A stretch of DNA of 64,000 nt from Halarcobacter sp. (GCA_048571215.1 CP182352.1:416001-480000); one strand, 5' to 3'; counted from the first letter of the stretch, positions 1-10,250 are shown. Notes: generated from the letters alone by a model not told the origin. Numbers and translations are program-made.

Positions 1-1700
1 AAACAAACTTTGAAGAGTGTTATGCAGGAAATAATCTTGTAAATGCATTTAACTTAGGTATTGCAAAAGCTGATGAGATTTTCTTAGGGATCGCAGAAGG
101 TAATGGAAACCCTGTAATGTATGTAGGGTCTAAAACTGGACGAGATGGACTTGGTGGAGCTGTTATGAGTTCTGCTTCATTTGATGAAGATAGCGAATCA
201 AAAAGACCAACTGTACAAGTTGGAGATCCCTTTACTGAAAAATTACTTTTAGAAGCTTGTTTAGAGTTATTTAAAGAAGATTTGATTATTGGTATCCAAG
301 ATATGGGTGCTGCTGGACTTACATCTTCATCTTTTGAGATGGCTGGACGATCAGGTTCTGGTATGATTATGCACTTAGATAAAGTTCCAGCAAGGGAAGA
401 GTGGATGACACCTTATGATTTTATGTTAAGTGAATCTCAAGAGAGAATGCTTATTTGTGCTAAAAAAGGTTGTGAGCAAAAAATTATCGATATCTTTGAA
501 AAATGGGAACTTGATGTTGCTGTTATTGGTGAAGTTACAAACACTGGAAATATGGAACTATTTTGGCATGGTGAAAAATGTGCTGAGGTTCCAGTACAAC
601 CAGTATCTGAGCAAGCACCTATTTTAGATAGACCAGTAGCTGAACCTGAATATTTAAAAACTATCAAAGATATTGATATGAGTAAAGAGTTCTCAAATCA
701 AGAAGCTTTTAATGCCTTATTTACAGATATGGAAGTTGTAGATAAATCTTGGGTTTATAATCAATACGATTCAATGGTACAAACAAATACTGTTCAAGGA
801 CCTGGTAAACTTGATGGTTCAGTTATAAGAGTAAAAGAAACAGGAAAAGCTTTAGCTATGAGTGCTGATTGTAATACAAGACAGTGTTTTATCGACCCTC
901 AATTAGGAGCAGCAGCAGCTGTTATGGAATCAGGAAGAAATGTAGCTATGAGTGGAGCTGTTCCAAAAGCAATAACAGATTGTCTAAACTTTGGTAACCC
1001 ACAAAACCCAGAGGTTATGTGGCAGTTTAAAGAAGCTTGTGAAGGTATTAAGTCAGCTTGTAAAGAGTTAAATACTCCTGTTATTGGTGGAAATGTATCT
1101 TTATATAATGAAACAAATGGAGTGGGTGTATTCCCAACACCTGCTATTGCTATGGTTGGTGTAAATGAAGATGCAAATAATGTTTTACCATCATGCTTCC
1201 AAGAAGAAGGAAATTTTGTATATATCCTAGGTGATACAAAATCAGAATTTGGAGCTTCTTTATATCTAAAAAAACTATATGGAAAAGTAGCAGGAGTTCA
1301 TCCAGAAGTTGACTTTAAAAAAGAGTTAAATCTATGGAATACAGTTATTGAAGGGAATACAAAAGGTTTACTAAAAGCTGCAAAAGATGTAAATGTTGGT
1401 GGTATAGCAATAGCATTAGCAAAAATGGCAGTAGTTGGAAACCATGGTGTTGAAGCTAATATAGAACTAGAAAATGAAAAAGATATCTATTCTGAAACTC
1501 TAAGTAGAGCAATTGTTGAAGTTAGTCCAGAAAATGCAAATGACTTTGAAGCTTTATGTTCAAGTAAGTCAATTTCTTGCACTAAACTAGGGCTTGTTGG
1601 TGGAGGAAAAATATCTATCAATGATGTATATGTAGAGTTAGATAAAGCAAAAGATATCTACTTTAATAGATTTAAACAAGTTATTGAACAAGACTTATAA
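1..1700 (+). CDS. purL: Phosphoribosylformylglycinamidine synthase subunit PurL (5' end lies outside the window)
   Basis: Motifs [40 protein letters not shown] and GGNVSLYN; the reading frame stays open to the window start. Confidence 0.97.
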   Translation, partial: TNFEECYAGNNLVNAFNLGIAKADEIFLGIAEGNGNPVMYVGSKTGRDGLGGAVMSSASFDEDSESKRPTVQVGDPFTEKLLLEACLELFKEDLIIGIQDMGAAGLTSSSFEMAGRSGSGMIMHLDKVPAREEWMTPYDFMLSESQERMLICAKKGCEQKIIDIFEKWELDVAVIGEVTNTGNMELFWHGEKCAEVPVQPVSEQAPILDRPVAEPEYLKTIKDIDMSKEFSNQEAFNALFTDMEVVDKSWVYNQYDSMVQTNTVQGPGKLDGSVIRVKETGKALAMSADCNTRQCFIDPQLGAAAAVMESGRNVAMSGAVPKAITDCLNFGNPQNPEVMWQFKEACEGIKSACKELNTPVIGGNVSLYNETNGVGVFPTPAIAMVGVNEDANNVLPSCFQEEGNFVYILGDTKSEFGASLYLKKLYGKVAGVHPEVDFKKELNLWNTVIEGNTKGLLKAAKDVNVGGIAIALAKMAVVGNHGVEANIELENEKDIYSETLSRAIVEVSPENANDFEALCSSKSISCTKLGLVGGGKISINDVYVELDKAKDIYFNRFKQVIEQDL

Positions 1701-1726
1701 TAAAAAGAGGTTTACCTCTTTTTATT
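1699..1726. terminator. Bidirectional intrinsic terminator between convergent purL and amt-GGDEF
   Basis: aataaaaagagg-ttta-cctctttttatt perfect inverted repeat with A/T tails. Confidence 0.8.
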
Positions 1727-3542
1727 AATATACATAAACTCTATTTCTTCCATTGTGTTTTGCTTCATAAAGGGCAGTATCAGCTCTTTTTAAAGCTTCA
1801 TCAAAAGTATCATTATTGTTTTTCAAGCCACTAACTCCAAATGAGGCTGTTATATTTTTTACGATTGAAAAGTTGAAGTTCTCAATATCTTTTCTTAAGT
1901 TTTCACATATATTTTGAGTATCTTCTAAATTATCACTATCAAATATAACAATAAACTCTTCCCCACCCCATCTAACAAACATATCACTCTCTCTAATATT
2001 TTTCATAACTAAAGCTGAAAGCTCTTTTAAAACACTGTCTCCAACATCATGACCAAAGGTATCATTGATATTTTTGAATTTATCTATATCTATAATAGTA
2101 AGAGTATATAGTTCATCTTTTGTTTCTAGGAACTTTAAAAGTCCGTTTCTATTGAATGCTTTAGTAAGGTTATCTCTATATGCTTTTAGTGATAGGTTTT
2201 TATTTGACTTTTTAAGTTCCGCATTGGTTTGTCTTAGCATATTTAATAAGTAGTTAAAGAATTTTGCTACAATCCCAACTTCTGTATCTCTTTCTTCATA
2301 AATTTTTTTATTTATATTGCCTGTTTTCATTATGTTTAAGATACTCTCAATAGTTTCAACCCAAGGAAGTTTTGCATTGTGCTCACTTGTATTTAGACCT
2401 AAAATCTCATGTTTTTTTCTAACTCTTAAAAGATTAACTTTAGATAAAAATAAAAAGATAAGAATCCCTAAACTAAAGGCAAAAACAAATCCCACAACAA
2501 CCCCTAAAGTTTGAACATATATTAAATCAAATCTAGTCATATTTTCAGGTAAGTTTGCAAAAATACCTACAGCTATAGTACCCCAAGCACCAACTAAACC
2601 ATGAACACTAACTACACTTAAAGGATCATCAATCTTAAGTTTATTTGTCAAAATATTATCTGAGTAGTGAACTATAACAGCTGAGATAAAACCAACAATT
2701 GCTGATTGGACTGTGGTTAAATCATTACATCCAGCAGTTATCCCTACAAGTCCTGCAATAATACCAAAACTAAAGATTTCTACTCCAACTTTCTTTTTAT
2801 TGAAAAAAGTAGTAACCCAAGCACCAAAACCACCAAAAACTGCTGATAAAAGAGTATTTAAAAGTATTGAGGTTATTTGAGGTTCAAACCAAAGTAGGCT
2901 TCCTGCATTGAAACCAAACCATGCAAAAAACAAAATAAAAACACCAAAAACTATAAAGTTGTGATTGCTAGGTGCAAAATAGGTTGTTTTGCCTTTTCTA
3001 AATTTCCCAAGTCTAGGACCTAAAACAATTGCTCCTGCTAAACCTATCCATGCTCCAACAGAGTGAACAACAGTTGAACCTGCAAAATCTATAAACCCCA
3101 TTTGGCTTAGCCAACCATCTGTATTCCAAACCCAATGTCCAAAGATAGGATAAATAATAGCACTAACAATAATAGCTACTACAATATAACCATTGAATTT
3201 GATTCTCTCTGCAACTGCACCTGAGACAATAGTAATAGCAGTCGCAGCAAACATTGCTTGAAAAAAGAAAAATCCATTTACATTTAGATCTTTTCCATCG
3301 ATAAGAAATTTATCAGTACCATACAAACCAAAACTATCAGTTCCAAACATAATACCAAAACCTATAATCCAAAAGAAGATAATACTAAATACAGTATCAA
3401 TAAGGTTTTTCATAGCGACATTGATTGTATTTTTACTTCTTACAGCTCCAGTTTCGATTAATGAGAATCCAAGTTGCATCATAAATACTAAAAATGCACA
3501 AACTACTATCCACAACAAATCAATATCATTAAGATTTTCCAA
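1725..3542 (-). CDS. Ammonium transporter (Amt) domain fused to a C-terminal GGDEF diguanylate cyclase
   Basis: Amt motifs FQAMFAAT, SGAVAER, DFAGSTVVH, WFGFNAGS and IDDPL..VSVHG, followed by DIDKFKNINDTFGHDVGD and RESDMFVRWGGEEF. Confidence 0.93.
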   Translation of the reverse strand: MENLNDIDLLWIVVCAFLVFMMQLGFSLIETGAVRSKNTINVAMKNLIDTVFSIIFFWIIGFGIMFGTDSFGLYGTDKFLIDGKDLNVNGFFFFQAMFAATAITIVSGAVAERIKFNGYIVVAIIVSAIIYPIFGHWVWNTDGWLSQMGFIDFAGSTVVHSVGAWIGLAGAIVLGPRLGKFRKGKTTYFAPSNHNFIVFGVFILFFAWFGFNAGSLLWFEPQITSILLNTLLSAVFGGFGAWVTTFFNKKKVGVEIFSFGIIAGLVGITAGCNDLTTVQSAIVGFISAVIVHYSDNILTNKLKIDDPLSVVSVHGLVGAWGTIAVGIFANLPENMTRFDLIYVQTLGVVVGFVFAFSLGILIFLFLSKVNLLRVRKKHEILGLNTSEHNAKLPWVETIESILNIMKTGNINKKIYEERDTEVGIVAKFFNYLLNMLRQTNAELKKSNKNLSLKAYRDNLTKAFNRNGLLKFLETKDELYTLTIIDIDKFKNINDTFGHDVGDSVLKELSALVMKNIRESDMFVRWGGEEFIVIFDSDNLEDTQNICENLRKDIENFNFSIVKNITASFGVSGLKNNNDTFDEALKRADTALYEAKHNGRNRVYVY

Positions 3543-3690
3543 GAGTTAGCTCCCTCTTACAGTATAAAATTATTATAGCATATAAGATAAACACTACTAT
3601 GGATAAATAATATACAATTTCCAATGAAGGGATTCCTAATAGCTTTTTTTGTATAATCGCGCTAACTAAAGACCAAAAAGAGGAATTAAC

Positions 3691-5223
3691 TTGAGAGCAT
3701 TAATCAGTGTAAGTGATAAAAGTGGAGTTGAAAACTTTGCAAAAGAATTAGTAGCATTAGGATATGAAATCATCAGTACAGGTGGTACATATAACAAACT
3801 AAAAGATTCAGGAATAGCAGTAATTGAAGCAAACGAAGTTACAAAATTTCCAGAGTGTTTTGAAGGACGTGTAAAAACTTTAAATCCATATATTCATGGT
3901 GGAATTTTACATAGACGAGATAAAAAATCTCACCTTGACCAAGCAAAAGAGCTAGGTGTTGAAGGTATAGATTTAGTATGTGTAAATTTGTATCCATTTA
4001 AAGCAACAATTGAGAAAACTGATGACTTTGAAGAGATTATTGAAAACATAGATATTGGTGGACCAGCAATGGTTAGATCTGCTGCTAAAAATCATGATAG
4101 TGTTATTATTGTAACAGATGTTGCTGATTATGATGTGGTATTAAACAATCTTAAAAACAATACAAATACTCAAGAGTTTAGAAGAGACTTGATGATAAAA
4201 GCATATGAACACACAGCTGCTTATGACTCAATGATCGCAAACTATATGAACAAAAGATTCAATGGTGGAATGGGTGCAAAACAATTTATCGTTGGTGAAA
4301 AAGTATTTGATACAAGATATGGGGAAAACCCACACCAAAAAGGTGCCTTATATGAGTTTGATAAACACTTATCAAATAAATTTATTACATTAAAAGGTGA
4401 AGCAAGTTTCAATAATATGGGTGATATCTCTGGAGCTGCTAAAATAGCATCTGCTTTTGGTGATGATAATGCCGTATGTATTGTAAAACACGGAAACCCA
4501 TGTGGATTTGCTATTAAAGATACACTTTTAGAATCTTATACCGAAGCTCTTAAATGTGACCCAATCTCAGCATTTGGTGGAGTAGTTGCTGTAAATGGTA
4601 TAGTTGATTTAGACTTAGCTGTTAAGATGAACGAAATCTTCCTAGAAGTAGTATTTGCAGCAGACTTCACACCTGAAGCTGAAGAAGAGTTAAACAAGAA
4701 AAAAAGAATCAAACTATTCAAACAAGGAACATCTAAACTTGAAATGGCAAACGATGCATTTAACTTCAAAATAGTTGATGGTGGATTTGTTTACCAAGAT
4801 GCAGATAAAGTTGAAGAAGATGAGGTAAGAAACTCAGAACTAAAATCAAAAAGAGAAGCAAGCGAACAAGAAATAAAAGATATGGAAATAGCATACAAAG
4901 TAGCAAGCTTAACAAAATCAAACTGTGTAGTATATGTGAAAAACTCAGCTATGGTAGCAGTTGGTATGGGTATGACAAGTAGAGTAGATGCAGCAAAAGC
5001 AGCTCTTAGAAAAGCAGAAGATTTAGGACTAGATGTAACAGGTTCAGTTCTAGCATCTGAAGCATTTTTCCCTTTTAGAGATTCAATTGATGCAGCCCAA
5101 GAAGCTGGTGTAAAATGTGTTATTGAACCAGGTGGTTCAATTAGAGATGATGAGATTATAGCAGTGGCAGATGAGTTTGGTATGGCGTTGTATTTCTCAG
5201 GTAAGAGACATTTCTTACACTAA
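3691..5223 (+). CDS. purH: Bifunctional AICAR formyltransferase/IMP cyclohydrolase
   Basis: [48 protein letters not shown] and RHFLH end. Confidence 0.98.
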   Translation: MRALISVSDKSGVENFAKELVALGYEIISTGGTYNKLKDSGIAVIEANEVTKFPECFEGRVKTLNPYIHGGILHRRDKKSHLDQAKELGVEGIDLVCVNLYPFKATIEKTDDFEEIIENIDIGGPAMVRSAAKNHDSVIIVTDVADYDVVLNNLKNNTNTQEFRRDLMIKAYEHTAAYDSMIANYMNKRFNGGMGAKQFIVGEKVFDTRYGENPHQKGALYEFDKHLSNKFITLKGEASFNNMGDISGAAKIASAFGDDNAVCIVKHGNPCGFAIKDTLLESYTEALKCDPISAFGGVVAVNGIVDLDLAVKMNEIFLEVVFAADFTPEAEEELNKKKRIKLFKQGTSKLEMANDAFNFKIVDGGFVYQDADKVEEDEVRNSELKSKREASEQEIKDMEIAYKVASLTKSNCVVYVKNSAMVAVGMGMTSRVDAAKAALRKAEDLGLDVTGSVLASEAFFPFRDSIDAAQEAGVKCVIEPGGSIRDDEIIAVADEFGMALYFSGKRHFLH

Positions 5224-5367
5224 AAAGGTGATTTAAATAATCATCTTTCTTCATAAATCTGCGTTAGAAAATAAAATATCTTAGTCACTTACTTTAGTAA
5301 GCTCCTACAGATGTTTTATTTTCTGCCTTGATTTATTTTAAAATCTAATCATTATAAATCACTTTTT
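5222..5367. repeat. ERIC-like nested palindromic intergenic element
   Basis: Core agtcacttactt-ta-gtaagctcct matches the ERIC core; stems agaaaataaaatatct/agatgttttattttct and terminal aaaaaggtgattta/taaatcacttttt. Confidence 0.7.
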
Positions 5368-5424
5368 CTTTTATAATTTACTTCAATAAAGATACAATAA
5401 TAAAAATCTATTTAAAGGATTGAT

Positions 5425-8400
5425 TTGATTGGTAAATTATTTGACTCTTTATCTTATCAAATAGAAAAAAATTTAACAGAATCTACATATATAAATGAAA
5501 CTTATATCGAAAATAAATGGAATATAATAGAAAAATTAGTTATTAGATGGACAAAACAACCTATTTTAACAGTGCTTCTATTAATTATAATTTTCATATC
5601 CAATAGTTTATTTTTATTTTTATTGAGAAATATACTAATAAAGGAATCTTATTCTTGGAATCAATCATGGGAAAAATTAGTAAATTGGCAAAATGATTTT
5701 TTATCTACACAAATTACTATTATTGCATTAATCTTTCCATTAGTTATAGGTTTTGTTGGTTTTTTAATACAAAATAAATCATCACAAAGGGCTCTTTGGA
5801 AAATTTATATGTATTATTCTGGAGTTAAAGTATTAGGATTTAGCAGTATAACACTAAGTGGAGTTATACTATTGGTTCAATTTATTAAGCCTTGGATGGA
5901 CTATCAGTTGGAAGTTGCTATTACAATTAATATTCTATGTTGGTTACTATTTAATATTTCTTTACTTGCTTGGTTTCTCTATGCTACATTTGATTTTATT
6001 TCAACAGAAAAGAGAAGTAAGGTTATTCTAAGATATTGCATAAATGAGATGATAATAAATGAAATAAAATATAGGCTTGCAAATCTATTGCCTCAAACAA
6101 TTTTTGGAAATAGTGAAGATACTCACGATAGACCTAAAGTCTATCCATTTCATTTATTTTCTGAAAAATATCAAGATTATTGCCGTATAGAGTTTTCTAA
6201 TTATAAATACGTCTATGATATAGATTTTAATTTTTTAAAGTTTGCTGGGGTTATTTGGAAATTTAGAAATAAAAATTTCAAAGAAGAAGCTCCTACATTG
6301 TATTTTCCCGTTAGTGGAATATCTAAAGCAAAAATTTATAACTTAGCATATTCAGAAAATACTAATATTAATTTTTTAGAAAAGTTTTTAATTAAAACTG
6401 CATACTCTTTTCGAAGGACATCACGATTAGAAGAATCAAATTTTGATTCGATAATACATGCTTTAATAAGTAATGTAGAAGATTCATTAAAAGAAAAAGA
6501 TGAAAGACTTTTTGAAATAGCTATAGATGAATTAGCTTATTGGATTATACAAATTTTTAAAACAGCATCATTTAAAAATGATAATAAGGAACTTGATAAC
6601 TGGATTTTATTGCCAGATGGAAATTTTTTCGGACGTTCTATAATTCAAAATCTTTCTAGAGAATTTTATAAAATTAATAAAAAATCAATTGATTTATTAT
6701 CATATTCAGATATATACTTTAGAAAAATGTGTTATTTTAATTTAAAAGTCTTTGGTTTTAAGAATGATGTCTTAGCTTCAAAAGTAATTGAAGAGTTATT
6801 ACAAAATCATTACTATTCATGGTCATTATTAATGAAAAAAATTAATAATTTAGAGAATAATGAAGAATATATAAAAACTTATATAGGTAGTTGGGAATCT
6901 TGGACATCAAGTAGTAAAATTAATTTAAAAGATGAAAAAAGTATTGATTATCTTATTGATATTTATTTAGAGCATTTACAAACATCATCTAAGCATATTA
7001 TTAGTGCTTTAAATGTTAATAATGAAAAATCTATTTTACTATCAGTAGATATGTTAATTTACTGGAATTATCAAGCTTTTCATATGTTTAATAAATCAAG
7101 AAATGAATATATATGGCAATCTAAAATTTTAGTGCCATCCGTTTTAAAAAATAATTTTGATTCGGAATATATTAATAAAGAAAAGTTGTGTGAATATATA
7201 TTTCCTAATAATTCAAAAGATGATAAAACAGCATTGGTTGTATCTTTTGAGAATTTATGGAAACAAATTTGTATTATAACAGGTATATATATTTTTTATA
7301 AACATAAAGAAGTCTTTTCTGAAAATATTAAAAAAGTTGTCTTATCACTTTTAAAACAAGAAAGAATTTTTAGTAATGATATGACAATCTTACCACAGAG
7401 AAATAAGGAAATTGCTGTAAGTTCAATTTTCGAATGTTACTTATTTAATGCATACCCATTGAGAGATATATTAAAAAGTGGTAATCCAGCTTATTTAATT
7501 GAATTGTTTGAACGTTTAAGTAAAGAAAGTATGATTTCAAATAGAGTTTATACAGATAGAAGTATTGAATTATCAAGTTTATTACAAACTATCAAATGTT
7601 TTATGATAGGAAATTCAACAAAAATTTGGAACTTATCAAAAGAGTTAAATGATTTTATAAAATCACCATTATTTGAATACGAGGCAAGAGAATCTTTTAT
7701 AAGGGAAATTAATAGTTTTAAGTATCTAGAAAATATTGATGATAAATTATTTGATGATGTTAAACTTCTATTTGGCGATGAAAATATTGAACAAAAAGTT
7801 GAAAATTATAAGACTTCAATAGATGCTATCATAAAAGATATAACTGACTATCATAATGAGGTACTTGTGAATACATCAATTGATAATCAAAAAGTAGATG
7901 AAATGAATAGATATTTTTCAAATGAAATATTCAATGACTTAGATTATATGCCTTATAGTTTATTTAGTAATATTAAATTTGATAGTTTAGAACAGAAATT
8001 TTTAAAAAAAATAAATATAAATTTTGATAAAAAATTTTTAGTAAAAGATATTAATTTTATAGATATAAATAAATATTTTGAACATGAAAACAAATATACT
8101 GTTACAGATATAAGACAGGAAATAGTAAGTTCCATTTTTGATAAGTTTTTGACTGAAATAAATATAAAAGAAGAACAAAGTTTTGATAATATTGAAAATT
8201 TATTGAATAAAATTATTGATAATGCCCAAAAATTAATAAAAAAAGATTTTGTTCCTATTGTTTTTGTTTGTAGTAATGAAATTAAGTGGATGTTAGAAAA
8301 TGAAACCAATGATAAACAATTTAAAGATATTTTAATAGAAAAATTTGATAATAAAGAGGAAAATTATATTTGTCATATAGATAATATTGAAGCATATGAA

Positions 8401-8628
8401 TTAAGTGTTAATGATCGAGATTATTTAATATTAACATCACTTGAGATGTTTGATGAGGTGATATTTAATGAATATGAAAAGGATATTTACTCTAAAATTG
8501 AGATTCAGAATAGTGAACGAAAAATTGAAAAAATCGTTTCTTTTAATTATAGAATGAAAATAAATTTTAAAAAAGTGAATTCTTATAAATATAATTTTAA
8601 AGATAAAACAAATACTCAGGTTTTCTAG
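5425..8628 (+). CDS. Large hypothetical protein with about 4 N-terminal transmembrane segments
   Basis: 1067-aa uninterrupted, very AT-rich ORF; hydrophobic segments within aa ~45-190; no recognised catalytic motif. Confidence 0.8.
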   Translation: MIGKLFDSLSYQIEKNLTESTYINETYIENKWNIIEKLVIRWTKQPILTVLLLIIIFISNSLFLFLLRNILIKESYSWNQSWEKLVNWQNDFLSTQITIIALIFPLVIGFVGFLIQNKSSQRALWKIYMYYSGVKVLGFSSITLSGVILLVQFIKPWMDYQLEVAITINILCWLLFNISLLAWFLYATFDFISTEKRSKVILRYCINEMIINEIKYRLANLLPQTIFGNSEDTHDRPKVYPFHLFSEKYQDYCRIEFSNYKYVYDIDFNFLKFAGVIWKFRNKNFKEEAPTLYFPVSGISKAKIYNLAYSENTNINFLEKFLIKTAYSFRRTSRLEESNFDSIIHALISNVEDSLKEKDERLFEIAIDELAYWIIQIFKTASFKNDNKELDNWILLPDGNFFGRSIIQNLSREFYKINKKSIDLLSYSDIYFRKMCYFNLKVFGFKNDVLASKVIEELLQNHYYSWSLLMKKINNLENNEEYIKTYIGSWESWTSSSKINLKDEKSIDYLIDIYLEHLQTSSKHIISALNVNNEKSILLSVDMLIYWNYQAFHMFNKSRNEYIWQSKILVPSVLKNNFDSEYINKEKLCEYIFPNNSKDDKTALVVSFENLWKQICIITGIYIFYKHKEVFSENIKKVVLSLLKQERIFSNDMTILPQRNKEIAVSSIFECYLFNAYPLRDILKSGNPAYLIELFERLSKESMISNRVYTDRSIELSSLLQTIKCFMIGNSTKIWNLSKELNDFIKSPLFEYEARESFIREINSFKYLENIDDKLFDDVKLLFGDENIEQKVENYKTSIDAIIKDITDYHNEVLVNTSIDNQKVDEMNRYFSNEIFNDLDYMPYSLFSNIKFDSLEQKFLKKININFDKKFLVKDINFIDINKYFEHENKYTVTDIRQEIVSSIFDKFLTEINIKEEQSFDNIENLLNKIIDNAQKLIKKDFVPIVFVCSNEIKWMLENETNDKQFKDILIEKFDNKEENYICHIDNIEAYELSVNDRDYLILTSLEMFDEVIFNEYEKDIYSKIEIQNSERKIEKIVSFNYRMKINFKKVNSYKYNFKDKTNTQVF

Positions 8629-8730
8629 TTTTGGAATAAAAGGTGTATAAGGACATTTCCATTTTTGATTTGTTTAGATTTCTAATTTCTATTTAGTAAA
8701 TTTACAAATGATAGTTTGAACTTTTTTTTT

Positions 8731-8826
8731 CCAGACTTTGATGAAGCCGGAAGTTTTGAAATAATTTTCGGAAAAGCCTGAGGACTGTTTGAGGAGAGAA
8801 AAGTCCTAAACGGACTTTTTCGACGA
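8731..8826. repeat. Left arm of a palindromic MITE/REP-like element interrupted by IS110
   Basis: ccagactttgatgaag and agttttgaaataattttc..gcctgagga pair with 10117-10179; internal hairpin aaaagtcc-taaac-ggactttt. Confidence 0.75.
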
Positions 8827-8876
8827 GTTGCCACCTTAAAAGAATATAAAAATTCCATATAAAATTTATAATAAAA

Positions 8877-9848
8877 TTAAATTTTTTCTGAATCATATGG
8901 TACATTATTTTTATATACGGCATGAGCAATAACTAATAGTTTTCTCATAATTGCTACTTGTATAACTGTAGTATGTTTTCCATTTTCTTTTAGTCTATCA
9001 TAAAACTTTCTTAATCTTTCGTTATTTCTTATTGATGTCATTGCTGGCATAAACAAAGTACCTCTACATATTTTTGAACCTGCTTTTGATATTTTTGTTT
9101 TTCCATTAACTGATATACCTGAACTTTTTTCTATTGGATCTAATCCTGCTAAAGATACTATCTGTTTTTGATTAGCATTTTTATATTGAATAAAATGTAT
9201 AAGTAATACAATTGAAGATATTTCTCCTATACCATCAATTGTTTGCAAATTATTAAATGATTGTTGAAGTTTCTCATCTTTTTTTATGATTGATTTTATT
9301 TTTTTGATAATTTTTTGTTCTTGTTTTTTTAAAAATTGATTTTGTAATTCAAACTCTTTTATCAAATAGCTTTTATCTTTTTTTGCTTTTAAAGCAGCTA
9401 TATGGTTTTTAGTTATAACTTGTTGTTTAATAATTAATTTATATCCAGAAATAAGCTCTTTTAATTCTTCTTCTATGGTATCTACAATAGGTATTTTAAT
9501 ATCTTTATCTTTAGCTGTAACAATCATTTTAGATAAAAGCTGTGCATCTTTTATATCATTTTTATTTCTATATCCCATTACTTTTGCAAAGCTAGCACTT
9601 TTTTTAGGATTTACTATAAAGCTTTTTATATTTTTGTTTGAACAAAACTGTTTTAAAAGAAATGAATAATTAGCTGTTGGTTCATAAACAAATACTAATT
9701 TATCTATCTCTTTTTTATAAAGCTTTTTTAGTTTAGAGTACAAACTTTTTATTCCATTTAAACTATTATCAATAATTAAATCTAAATCATTTATTGGAAT
9801 ATAAACATTAATTGTTGACTTACTTACATCTAATCCGATAGAATACAT
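8877..9848 (-). CDS. IS110-family DEDD recombinase/transposase
   Basis: GLDVSK, VYEPT, KNDIKDA (DEDD), GIGEISS, AGLDPIEKSSG (catalytic Ser loop), ISKAG and AIMRKLL. Confidence 0.96.
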   Translation of the reverse strand: MYSIGLDVSKSTINVYIPINDLDLIIDNSLNGIKSLYSKLKKLYKKEIDKLVFVYEPTANYSFLLKQFCSNKNIKSFIVNPKKSASFAKVMGYRNKNDIKDAQLLSKMIVTAKDKDIKIPIVDTIEEELKELISGYKLIIKQQVITKNHIAALKAKKDKSYLIKEFELQNQFLKKQEQKIIKKIKSIIKKDEKLQQSFNNLQTIDGIGEISSIVLLIHFIQYKNANQKQIVSLAGLDPIEKSSGISVNGKTKISKAGSKICRGTLFMPAMTSIRNNERLRKFYDRLKENGKHTTVIQVAIMRKLLVIAHAVYKNNVPYDSEKI

Positions 9849-9885
9849 TTCTAGAACCTTTATTTTAGGATAAAGAGTTCGTTAG

Positions 9886-10095
9886 GGTAGGATTTCTCCT
9901 ACCTGATAATTGTTATACAAACTTTAGACTTATAAAATACGAACTAGTTATAAAACTGTTCTTGTTGCCACTCAAATTTAAAGTATAACTATCAAACTCG
10001 CCATCAAGCTAATTATAAATTATTTTTTATAATTGCTTTAGTTCCGCAACGATATATTATCTTTCAAACTCTTTGGAAATATATTAACTATATTC
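9886..10095 (-). ncRNA. Predicted IS110 bridge RNA (ends approximate)
   Basis: In order on the minus strand: LTG ttgcggaac (10049-10041), hairpin, RTG ggcgagt (10002-9996), LDG agtggcaac (9972-9964), hairpin, RDG tataagt (9934-9928); TATAAT at 10111-10106. Confidence 0.85.
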
Positions 10096-10116
10096 CCTTA
10101 AATGTATTATATAAGT

Positions 10117-10250
10117 TCCGCAAGGCAGAAAACTTATTTTAAAACTAGAGGGGAGCTTTGCCTTCATCAACTCGTCTGGTTGCTTTTTGTCTTACTTTTT
10201 ACAATTAAAAAGTGAGAAAGCGAAGAGGTTTATCTCTTCAAGAGCGTAAA
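10117..10250. repeat. Right arm of the palindromic element interrupted by IS110
   Basis: tccgcaaggcagaaaacttattttaaaact and cttcatcaactcgtctgg are reverse complements of the left-arm blocks; extra hairpins cttactttt/aaaagtgag and gaagag/ctcttc follow. Confidence 0.7.

Larger units (their letters stand above)
8827..10116 (-). mobile_element. Complete IS110-family insertion sequence, with a GT/AC core at both junctions
   Basis: Junctions gacga-GT-tgccacc (8822-8835) and tataa-GT-tccgcaa (10110-10123); removing the element rejoins a palindrome; long non-coding end upstream of the ORF and short end downstream. Confidence 0.88.

Noticed and set aside
430..667. Short ORFs overlapping purL, and the many other 60-170 aa antisense or alternate-frame ORFs in the track
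   Set aside because: They lie inside well-supported genes and have no RBS or motif; typical shadow ORFs
8702..8929. 75-aa ORF downstream of the IS110 transposase
   Set aside because: It crosses the IS junction into the palindromic repeat, so it is a chance ORF
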